Assembly (NCBI GenBank): GCA_040954595.2
Contig: CM082576.2
Location: forward strand, 18,151,028 to 18,215,027
Length of the DNA: 64,000 nucleotides
From: Balanoglossus misakiensis
Taxonomy: Eukaryota > Animalia > Hemichordata
Reading direction: 5' to 3'
Both the position numbers and the translations under genes were made by a program. The notes beneath the pieces are model-generated. The model was given only the letters and a program-made list of their open reading frames with translations, was not told the origin of the DNA and made no database searches. Shown piece after piece: positions 26,034 through 36,497 of the stretch; within the stretch, counting starts at the first letter, position 1; every line of letters begins with the position of its first letter.

Positions 26034-26803
26034 CTGATAACTCTGGTGACGAGGAAGATTCGACGTCGAGTGAACGTAATGGGAGCCATATTGGGGCGAC
26101 TGACGGTGGTGGAAAAGTTACACTAACTGATGTCATGAGTGAAATACGTAACCTGCGGAAGGACATAACCGGCCAAATAAAGGCAGTTGACAAGCAAGTG
26201 AAGGAACTAGCAGGTGAAATGAAAGATGTACAAAACTGGATGCATGAAAATCGAGAAACGGTCAGTAAGCTTGTGGAGGAAAACAAAGAGCTGCGTGCCC
26301 GTGCTGACAGGTTAGAGTCGGACGGTGACAAGATGCAGGCACAGATGAAGCGTAACAATTTTGTAATTTTTGGAGTTGAGGAAGATGGCAAAGAGAATTT
26401 GAATGATATGGAGGAGATACTGAAGACATTTATCAAAGACAAACTGGGCATCCCCGAGGACTTGGAGTTTGAGCGTGTTCATCGGTTAAGTTATGCACGC
26501 AGCCACCCAAAGCCGATAATTGCAAAGTTCCTCCGTTATAAACAACGAGAGACAGTTATGCGGGCTGCCGTTAAACTGAAGGGAACTGACTATCGCATTG
26601 GTGAGGAGTTTACATTGAAAGTCCTGGAAACCCGCCGAAAGCTTAGAAGATTCGCGCAGGAAGCAAGGGCAGCTGGTAAGACTGTGAAGTTTGTCTATGA
26701 CAAAATCAAGATCGATGACGTGGTCTACAAATACGATGAAGAGGTTGAGAACATACAGCCAGCATACAGAAAGAGAGGTGTAGCACCTACTGGTATAGAC
26801 TAG
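26034..26803 (+). CDS. LINE ORF1 (coiled coil + L1-type RRM + CTD), N-terminus missing
   Basis: Heptad region, then KRNNFVIFGVEED, ERVHRL, PKPIIAKF, IGEEFT motifs typical of L1/Transposase_22 ORF1p. Confidence 0.85.
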
Positions 26804-26869
26804 GAAACAGGCCAAGGTCGGACAAACCTAAAAGACACTGTTTATGTTCCTGTACAAAATGCAGGCCAG

Positions 26870-29800
26870 ATGGAACAAGAACTGTCATTTTTAATCTGGA
26901 ATGTAAATGGGTTGCGTGATAAGATTGACAAGAGTGATTTTCGTGAATATATTCGCTCCTTTGAATTTATATGTCTTACTAAGACTTGGCTTCAAAAAGG
27001 AAGTGATGTTTTCCTAGAAGGTTTTAAAAGTGTTCACGTTGCAGGACAGAGAAAACAGAAGTATGGAAGAGCATCTGGTGGGATCTCAGTATTTTTCCGT
27101 GAAAATAACAGTTGTAATCTGGATGTAAAGTTTCTTGCTAAGAGTCAATCACAAAATATGTGTTGGTCTGTGATTACAAGAAACACTCACCCCTGAGGGT
27201 TCAAACTTTGTAGAAAAGGATTTTTTGGATATCCTAGAAAATGATGTAATCAAATACACCGCTAAATATAACTGTGATATGATTCTTGCAGGAGACTTTA
27301 ATGGTATGACGGGAAACTTTTCAGGAAAAGTAGATGTAAATGATATTTATCTACCATTAGATGAACATTGTAGCGATTCGTATGATTTACCTGAAAGGTG
27401 TTCCATGGACGAAGGGATAAATAACTATGGTCGGCAACTGCTAAATTTCTGTTCATCTACACAATTGTATATTGTAAATGGTAGACTTGGTCAAGACCAT
27501 GGGGTTGGAATGTATACTTATATTTCAAAAAAAGGCACATGTGTTAATGACTATGTTTTGACAGCGGGAAGTGTTTTCCCAAAAATTAAGCATTTTAAGG
27601 TTGGGCAACGTATAGAATCTGACCATATGCCTTTGGAATTTACTTGTAAAGGAGCTGGAAATCCACAACTCCTGCAGAATACTATACGTACATGTGTACC
27701 CCAAACCCGTTTGAGATGGTCTCATGAGCAAAAAGAAATGTTTCACTGTAATTTCCAGACAGAATCAACAGGTCAATTATGTAACACTTTTTATGACAAT
27801 ATTGCCCAGGGTGAGTTGGATGCAGCTGCTGTTTGTTTAACTGGTATTATACATTCATGTTGTAACTTTATGAAAGTGAAGGTAAATACTTTCAACAACA
27901 CAAATTTAAAAAGAGAGAATCCTTGGTTTGATAAAGAGTGTTTAACATTGAAGAAAGAAGTATATTGCTCTCTCAACCATTTCAGACACTGTAGAACCAA
28001 AAATAGCTTAGAAAATTATATGCATTTGAAATCAGTTTATAGAAAATTAATTAATGAAAAGAAACAAATTTACAAGAAACAACAGCGGGAGGAACTTGTT
28101 TTTCTTTCCTCTCAGGCAAATTCTAGGTTGTTTTGGCAAAAGGTCCGTAAGAGCCCTACATATATGTCAACAAACATCTCTGAGGAGAGCTGGTTTGATT
28201 ACTTCAAAGACCTTTTTAATCCAAAAATGGTTGAAACAGAGGATATGAAAGACTTTTACTCTTCTATTCAAAATTATGTGAATGACTTAAACTATAATGA
28301 TGTAAGCAGTTCGGATGTTGACTGTTCAGCCTTAAACCAGGCTATTTCCATGGCCGAAATTAAAAGTAGTATAGCAAAATTAAAAAATAATAAAGCTCCT
28401 GGGTATGATGGCATACAAGCAGAATTTTGGAAACATGCACCTGAAGGGATTTTTGATATGCTGTTCACACTTTTCAATGAAGTTTTTGATAAAGGGATTT
28501 TCCCCCAACAGTTGGCAATGGGATTGATTAGCCCTATACATAAGAAGGGAAACAGAGACACCCCAGAAAATTACCGTAGCATTATGCTTCTTAACGTTGT
28601 AAGTAAAATTTATACATTTATTTTAACAGACAGACTTGTACATTGGTTTGATGAGTTCAATGAAATTGTGGAACCTCAGAGTGGATTCAGAAAGAAAAGA
28701 AACACTTTGGATAACATTTTTATTTTACGTACACTTATTGAAAAGTATGTCTTCCACTTAAAGAGTCGCCTATATTGTGCCTTTATAGACTATGAAAAAG
28801 CATTCGATAGGGTTCATCATTATTCACTTTTCTATAAACTAGCCATGACAGGCATGAGGGGTAAACTTTTGTCTTCTTTATACGCTATGTACTCGCATGT
28901 TAAAGCAGCAGTTAAAACTCTGCATGGGGTGACTAATTTTTTTGATATTAATATAGGAGTCCAACAAGGTTCTGTTATTTCCCCCCTTTTGTTTTGCTTC
29001 TACATTAATGATATTGAAGACGCTCTTACACAAGGTAGAGAAACTGTTGTCTATGCCAACACAGTAAAATTGTTGTATTTACTCTATGCTGATGATCTTG
29101 CTTTATTTAGCAGCACTCCCATTGGTCTACAGCGTTTGCTGAACAGACTGGCAGACTATTGTAAAAAGTGGAGACTCACTGTTAATCTTAACAAAACAAA
29201 AATTATTGTTTTCCGTAAGGCTGGAAGTTTGAAAAAATGTGAAAAATGGTTTTTGAATGGGAAAAAGATAGAAGTTGTTTCTAAATATAACTATCTGGGT
29301 GTAATATTTTCAAGTTCTGGAATTTGGTTTCAAGCTCAAAAATATATTTCAGAACAAGCCAGGAAAGCTCTTCACTTAGTACAAAGTAGCCTCTGTAAAG
29401 TTGACGGAATACAACCAGACATTGCTTTCAGAGTTTTTGATTGTAAAATATTGCCAGTCCTTCTTTATGGCAGTGCAATTTGGGGGACCAATGATTGTGT
29501 AGATGTGGAAAAGATTCATCATAGATTTTGTAAGTTTCTTTTGGGTGTACGTATAAATACAACAAACTCAGCGGTGCGGGGAGAACTTGGAAGGTATCCC
29601 ATTCGCATACAAATTTATATACAAATATTACGTTTTTGGTTCAAATGTGTTAATCCAACCTCACCAAAAATAGTTACAGACTGTTATAAATACCAATATA
29701 ATAGGGCTGAAAAAGGTTATAAATGCTGGGGGCTGTTTGTGAAAAATTTACTCTGTAATTATGGTTTTGCTGAGATATGGGCTTTCCAAGACTCAGTAAA

Positions 29801-30290
29801 TGGAGATTTCTTTTTACCTCTGTTCAAACAAAGATGTCAAGACATTTCAATACAGGAATGGCAAACTGAAATAAGATGTAGTTCAAAACTGAGTACTTAC
29901 TGTATGTTTAAAAATAAGTTTTCATGTGAGAAATATTTAGAATGTATTTCAGACACAGTCTATAGATATGCTTTGTCTCGTTTTAGATTATCATCACACA
30001 ATTTAAATATTGAACAGGGAAGAAAACATGGGGTTCCACGCGAACAAAGACTTTGTCGATTTCAATCTTGTGATTCTGTAGAAGATGAGTTCCATTTTTT
30101 ATTGGTATGCCCAGTATATCAGTGTATTAGAGAGAGATTTATTCCAAAATTCTTCTATGACACACCCCATGAGTGGAAATTTACTTTATTACTTCAGTCA
30201 AACAAACCATACACAGTACAAAATCTTGCCAGATATATCTTTTATGCTTTTAAACAGCGACATAAACTCCTGGATGATGATCAAGAGTAA
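26870..30290 (+). pseudogene. LINE ORF2 (APE endonuclease-RT-CCHC), broken by a frameshifting deletion near 27190
   Basis: WNVNGL, GRASGG, AGDFNG, DY, SDH; KAPGYDG, NYRSI, QSGFR, DYEKAFD, GVQQGSVISP, YADD, YLG; C-terminal CRFQSC..EDEFHFLLVC. Confidence 0.92.
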
Positions 30291-30464
30291 AACTGTACGA
30301 GGAACGAACCCTCAAGCGACTGTAAATTTTGATATTCTCTTTTTTGATATGTACAATATGGCTGGTGGCCAATAGTACTGAATAAATGCATTATTATTAT
30401 TACTCAAGTGGGTGATTGGTACCCTGGTAATATGACCTATGACTCTTACCAATTGCTCTTACAG

Positions 30465-31459
30465 GGCCTTTGCAGGACCAAATGGACTTACTGGACCAAG
30501 AGATGACGGCTTACAAACGGTCAGCCTATGCCGAATCAACAAAGAAAGCATATAAGACTCACCGTGATACATTCCTGTGTTTTTGCCTTTATTTTGAGTT
30601 AAGACCTGTGCCAGCAGACACTCTAACAATCTGCAGGTATGCAGCCTTTTTAGCCAGAACACTTAAACCTTCTAGTATCCTTAGTTACCTAAATGTTATT
30701 CGTATTATGCATGAGGAGGTGGGGCTTCCAAACCCCATGGACAAGAACTGGTTTTTAAATATGGTTAAACGCGGTATTCAGAGGGCCAAGGGCTGCCCTC
30801 CAGCTCAGAAATTACCTATCACACTTGATATTCTGAGGGCCATTCATGCCCAGTTGGATCTGTCCATTCCTATAAACATTGCTTTTTGGTGCACTTGTAT
30901 TGTTGCATTTGTTACATTTGCCAGAAAATCAACCCTTCTCAACAAATCTGCAGATCATCATGTGCGTGGGAAATCATTGTGTAAGGAAGATGTGAGTTTT
31001 ACCCCAGAAGGCGCTGTACTAACCATCAGGCACTCAAAAACAATTCAGTTTGGCCAACGGGTCCTCCAGATACACATCCCCAGGGTGCCCGGCTCCCCCC
31101 TCTGCCCAGTAGCAGCTTTACATGCTATGTTGTCCCACACAAGCTCAGCAAAACCGGGTGATCCCCTTTTCATGTATTGTACGACTGGTAAAACTTGTGG
31201 CCTCCAGTGTCTCACACATGGCAAATTTGTGCAATTACTTAGCCTTGTGCTGCAAGCAGCAGGTTATGATCCAAAGCAGTATTCAGGGCATTCATTTCGG
31301 AGGGGTGGGGCATCCTTTGCCTTCAGTATTGGAATTCCCCCCTTGCTGATCAAACAACATGGGGATTGGAAGTCAAACGCATTCGAAAAGTATATTTTCT
31401 TTAGATCCGAGACTAAGCAAAAAATGGTTAGAGCCATGTCAGTTGCCATGTCAATGTAG
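30465..31459 (+). CDS. Tyrosine recombinase (phage integrase family)
   Basis: Catalytic set present: R (ARKST), K (SKT), HSFRRGGA, W (HGDWKS), Y (FEKY); overlaps the 3' end of the reconstructed pol frame. Confidence 0.93.
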
Positions 31460-31522
31460 TTAGTGTGGCTAGACGACAAAAAAAAAAAGGTGGAAAAGTA
31501 ACTTTTCCGGTGTTGGGGGTTT

Positions 31523-31860
31523 GGCGGATTAGTGTTGTCAATAAAGATTGACCGTTGACCCCCAACACATTGTTTGCCGTAGTTATGTTAGCATAAAGTG
31601 TACAATAGACTCTGTTTATTGGTATTTTATGCGGGTACGAGGCTGGGTCCTGGTACGAGGCTGTGTCCTGGTACGAGGCTGTGTCACTTGACCAGCATCT
31701 TCTCATAGCTGTTGTCGCCGAGAAACCCTCCTTCCCGCCAGTGTGTGTTTGTAAAAATTTTCTTTTCTTCTCTTTTCCCTCCCCTTTGGGGCGGATTAGT
31801 GTTGTCAATAAAGATTGACCGTTGACCCCCCATTGTTTGCCGTAGTTATGTTAGCATAAA
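31523..31860 (+). repeat. Split direct repeats B1 (31523-31597), A2 (31597-31765) and B2 (31790-31860)
   Basis: ggcggattagtgttgtcaataaagattgaccgttgacc...gttagcataaa occurs twice, flanking the A copy; each B contains AATAAA. Confidence 0.95.
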
Positions 31861-33708
31861 AATGTGGTCACTGTGATCAGAATATAGTCAGTGGTTTCAC
31901 GGCAATAATAAAGATATCCGAGGCATGCTGCTGCACCTTTCTGTACGGGAACGGTATTATTATGCAACGTACATGCAATGTCCACGCCATTTTGAATGAA
32001 CCATTTTCGCGGATGCACGTCCACGCATCGTCGTACTTGAATGGCGATCAAGATTTCTTGTAATGAGTACGGGCAAATCAACAGCTATCAATGGATGCAC
32101 CACAGGAGTAGGTGTTGGTTCAAAACGCCTTTGGTACTTACAATCGTCCGGATCATATCAAAACGCGATGTGTTTGAATGCGACTGCGTTTACTGACATC
32201 GAGAATGGCGGCCACATTGTGATGACCGCGTCGACCGATGCGCTCGATGAACGTACGTGACTGACCTCCCTTGTCATGATCTTGCGTGTTTTGATATCCG
32301 CACGTCATCTCTGACGCATAAAGTAGTCGGAACAGCGAAAGGTTTTCACAAATTTTGTCAAAACTGCGTCGAAATGGCTTTCCGACATTGACTTCCGTGT
32401 CTACGCTGTGGACTCACTAAGTATGACTGTTCAATGACGTTTTATGAATGGACCAATCCGGTTACGTATGGTAATGCGTCCAGGGTCAAAAGTCAAGTAT
32501 TGTACTTCGGCCAGTAAAACTTGCAAGGGTTGTAGATTGCGGTGAATAAATATAAATAAATCGTGGAAAATTTGTATTAAAATCGTGATCTCTAAAGAAA
32601 GAGTGAGAACTTGATTTTGAGTGATATTGCAGTACAAAATTACAAAAAAATGCTTTTTATTCCTTGGGGAAGTGTTAATTATTCAGAAAAAAAATATATT
32701 CTGAAATTTTCCAACTTCAGAATTTTTCCAACTTCAACAGAGGATATGATTATTTCATCAACTAACATGTAAAAGTTATTTAAAAAATCAACTATGTCAA
32801 TTAATGCATTATCTGGAAAGATACATTTTACAAGTCATGAATTACTATACTTAATATATAGATAAAGGCCTTCATGCAATATTACATACACCAACACTTC
32901 ATTTTGCAGTACGGGAGCTGCGGTGTACTGGCTTTTGCACTTGTCTGAGCTGCAGAAAGTCTTATCATATTGAAATTTACAGAAGGCATTGTTCCCCGCT
33001 GTTTTAGAGCTGTGAGTTAACTGCGTAGAGCTGCCGTTTGTCTACACAATGTCCTAAAAAAGCTGTCAAAGAGAATTTGGTCTGCTGCCAACAAATGACA
33101 GCTCAGAACAACCATTGCAGACCTGCAGATGAGCTGTGGATAGCTGACACAGCTCTAAATCAGAGCTGCAGCAGCTCTCTGCAGATCAGCAGGTTTGGTA
33201 AGGGATGTAGATGGCGAAAGGACGTGACAAGACTCGAATCTGAATCAGAATATGAATCTTGGGCTGTGGAACGTGAAACGTGAAACTTGAAACGTGAATG
33301 TTGAATTAGGCTTACCCTAATTTTTAATGGGTATATTCTTGATAACTCATCACCATGAATGATCATTTCAAAACTTAACAAGGCATATGGCTAAAGAGGA
33401 TTCAGTGTTTGTGCACCTTCTATCTGCTATGCTGGATCTATTGACAGTTTTCAAAGGGGTTTAATGACTCGTCTTTTTATTCAGTACTTTCTATTTCATT
33501 CCATTGCTTTTTTGGTTAATAGGGACTGTCTTTCAGAACTCTTTGGTTTGTTTCGTGTTTTTAAGTGTAATTTATTATCCTTTAAGCTTTCACTTGTTTT
33601 CTAATTTTATTATTTTCTGTAGAAAATGCACTGAGATGTATGTGTATTATGTTTGTCAGGAAATAAATAATAATAAAATTAAAAATAATAAACTATCTTT
33701 GATTTCAG

Positions 33709-33825
33709 ATGTCAATGAATGTATGGAGAGAGCAGATCTTTGTGAAGGCCAGTGTGTGAATACAGCAGGCTCTTTTTATTGCACTTGTGTTGTGGGATAT
33801 TGATTGGTCAATGGAGAGTGTACAG
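33709..33825 (+). pseudogene. cbEGF exon E2, copy a (DVNECMERADLCEGQCVNTAGSFYCTCVVGY*LVNGECT)
   Basis: Canonical cbEGF consensus, phase 1-1, in-frame TGA. Confidence 0.88.
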
Positions 33826-34053
33826 GTAAGACCAGCACAATATGTGGGCAACGAAAGGTCCTGTATCTGTAACTTTTGAATTTTTATTCAATATTATTCT
33901 GGGTGTCACCCATCATTTCTTGTTCAGCTCGGTGAAGCTAGGTAAGCAATGTTGTTATTGTTTAAACATTGTATTCAAGCCTGGGTCTGGACATGGATGC
34001 AATTTGTCAATAATAAGAGTGATTGGTAACTGCATGTTTACATAACTGGCTAA

Positions 34054-34848
34054 GGCTGCATTCACAAACACCTCTGGAGGGGGGGCAGGAGAATTGAGGG
34101 GGGGGATTTGAAAAAATTGAGGGTATGTAAGGGGGGGATTTGAAATAATTTAGGGACTGAAAGGGGGGGCTTGAAAACTTTAACGACTAAATATTTATTT
34201 TGAGTCCACAAAAATGCAGTTTCGCGCCCTTTATTTTACAAAATTTTCTAATGTGGGAGGGGGACACCCCCTCCCACCCCCTCCATTCATCAACACCTTT
34301 CAATCATTGACTGGTTTATCTAGTGTCCCAGGTCAGGAGACTTGCCCCACCCTATGATAACTTTGAGCGGCGACGGTTAAATTTGTCCTCCCCAACATAC
34401 CGGTAGTTGAGTTAATTTGCTTTTGCCGGGTTCATTAAAATGCAGCTTTGAGCTCTGTATTTTAGAAAATTTTCTTACGTGGGAGGGGGACACCCCCTCC
34501 CAAACCCACCCCCTTCAATTCTCGGTTTACAATGTCTCCCAACACAGAATACAAATATATATGTACTTAAAACATAAAAACAATGTTCAGTTTTAATGCC
34601 CACTGATGAGGGGAAACATCAGTTTCAAATTCTTTTCATGGGAGCGCTGTTTTTCTTTTTACAAGATAGATAGGTGATGTGTTTTGCTATGTGAAAGAAA
34701 ATGGGGGGGGGGATTTCAAAATTTTGGCAGTTCGGAAGGGGGGGATTTGAAAATATTGGCAGTTCGGAAGGGGGGCATGTGAAAATTAGCGGTAAAAAAA
34801 ATTGAATTCTCCCGCCCCCCCCCTCCAGAGGTGTTTGTGAATGCAGCC
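34054..34848. mobile_element. PIF/Harbinger-type MITE
   Basis: TIRs ggctgcattcacaaacacctctggagg / cctccagaggtgtttgtgaatgcagcc; TAA TSD; empty sites ggctaactgtt at ~40026 and ~51668. Confidence 0.9.
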
Positions 34849-35136
34849 TAACTGTTAAAAAGACCAGCTGTTCTATTTGGTGTGTGTACAGTACACATGC
34901 CATTGGCAGCTTATGGCTTAGTCAGTGTTTGCCTGTTGATTTCTCTATGTGTGTGTGTCTGTCTGTCTGTATATGTACTCCGGTGTAGACTTTTTTATTG
35001 TGTTATCCCTGAATGGGACCCGCCTGTGTCTTTAACGCGATGTTTTACACTCAGCAGCGATATTTTGTCTAACACGAGCAAAAATATCCCAAACTCGTCT
35101 GAGAAATCTTATCCCAGGTCCTAAGGTTGTGAGACT

Positions 35137-35531
35137 AATAGAATCTCACACTCCCAAGGACGTAGGATCATATTTCTCACATGTGTTGAGGATTTTCTGT
35201 CCCAAACAAGCTGCAGGCGAATGTGGGACAAAATATCAATGACGAGTGTGAGAAATATGATCCTGTGTCCTTGGTGTATGAGATTATATTTCTCACACGG
35301 CTACAAATTAGCCAAATTCGTTAAATAAATGACTCTTGAACTGTCATCTGGTACAGTGTAGATTCTGTATCACGTCATTGGCTAACATTTAGCACATGTT
35401 GTTAAAGAACTCTTTGTCATCCAATCAGCGATCGCATCATATACAGCTCTCGATTCAGTGAGAATGTGGGATTGATTTGTTCTCACACTCTGATCCAACA
35501 CTCTCAGCATGCCAGGAGTGTGAGAATCTAT
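35137..35531. repeat. Hairpin-containing interspersed repeat (copies ~40316-40690, ~44946-45310, ~51966-52300)
   Basis: Long imperfect palindrome centred near ctgcaggcga, with tctcacac/gtgtgaga motifs and a short distal inverted copy. Confidence 0.55.
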
Positions 35532-35843
35532 TACGAGTTTGAAATCTTAGGTGAAGAGTTTATCAATTTCACTGCCAACCCTGTAGGGCATTCTGGGATA
35601 TGTGTTCATGCCAAAGCACAAACAGTTATGACCTGACAGCTCAGTTTGTAGATCATTTCTACAAATCCACAAAGAGACTCAAAGTTTAGAAATGTTGTGT
35701 CGGTTAGAAATATTAGAAGTATCACTGTTAATACTTTATTTCAAAGCCATGTGAATTTGTTCACATTAGGGAAATTTTTAAAGGAAGGGAGGATTGGTAT
35801 TGTCTTGAATAATTACAATGGATGTTTTGTTCTCTATTTTCAG

Positions 35844-35966
35844 ATGTGAATAATGAGTGTTCAGATTCTGTTTGTGCTGGAGGTTGTCTCAATGCAGAGG
35901 GTGGATTCAGCTGTAGTTGTGGTGATGATGGTTTCTCTCTGAGTGCAGATCATGTCAATTGTTTAG
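35844..35966 (+). pseudogene. cbEGF exon E3, copy a (DVNNECSDSVCAGGCLNAEGGFSCSCGDDGFSLSADHVNCL)
   Basis: Six-Cys cbEGF pattern, tttcag/gtaagt boundaries, phase 1-1, open frame. Confidence 0.85.
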
Positions 35967-36388
35967 GTAAGTTTTTTTTGAGTGGGGAGAGGATAGGCCA
36001 ACAATGGCTTGGAATTTCCTGCCTCAAAAGGGCGCTTACACAAGTTGTAAGAGGCAAAGATTACAGCGAGTCACCATGTAAAAAAATTATAAATAAAAGT
36101 TATCAGGCACTTTCCAAAGTTACACATTTAGAAAAAAATGAGTTTGTTGTCTCGTGTGTGATATTTTTGGCTAACAAAACACTAGCGTCTAATGTGCTTA
36201 CTACATTGTTTGTTTATCAGTATACAGTACTGGTACATATAAACATATGATATGACCAAGTTATATGCCAGGTGATATTTATTAAGTTTCACACAATTTT
36301 GCTCTCTTGTCGTATATTTTTTTCAAAGCCAACTGTACATGTAATTCAGATGTATTCATTCAAACACAATGTATCATATTTGTGTTTT

Positions 36389-36497
36389 CAAGCTGGTTGG
36401 TCACCATGCCAACAAGCATGTTACAACACACCAACCAGTTACCAGTGTGGTTGCAGACCAGGATTTAAGTTGCACAGAAATCAACAAACATGTGTTG
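36389..36497 (+). pseudogene. cbEGF exon E4, copy a (acceptor and DDNEC deleted)
   Basis: Compared with 41414, the ccccacag acceptor and first codons are deleted; gtgagt donor retained. Confidence 0.8.

Larger units (their letters stand above)
26034..30402 (+). mobile_element. Non-LTR retrotransposon (APE-type, probably RTEX-like), slightly 5'-truncated
   Basis: ORF1 plus ORF2, short 3'UTR, aataaa then (tta)4 tail; the clade call is from architecture only. Confidence 0.9.
23170..31860 (+). mobile_element. Ngaro-type (DIRS order) tyrosine-recombinase retrotransposon, full length, interrupted by a LINE
   Basis: Split direct repeats A1...B1-A2-B2; ORF order gag, RT/RNase H, YR; no TSD. Confidence 0.93.
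22707..33204. mobile_element. Non-autonomous CACTA/EnSpm (CMC)-type element, ~1.8 kb without its cargo
   Basis: TIRs cccttaccaaacctgc / gcaggtttggtaaggg; 2-bp AT TSD confirmed by the empty site at ~39181; many subterminal cagctc/gagctg repeats. Confidence 0.8.
22266..33317. mobile_element. MULE/Mutator-type MITE (552 bp when empty), split by nested insertions
   Basis: ~90-bp TIRs gggtaagcctaattcaagattcacg... / ...aattaggcttaccc and a 9-bp TSD taattttta on both sides. Confidence 0.85.

Noticed and set aside
23267-31459. A single five-ORF element or prokaryote-like RT-integrase operon (two RTs plus a recombinase)
   Set aside because: It resolves into a LINE inserted in an Ngaro element: the pol frame rejoins across the LINE, which has its own polyA signal and tail.
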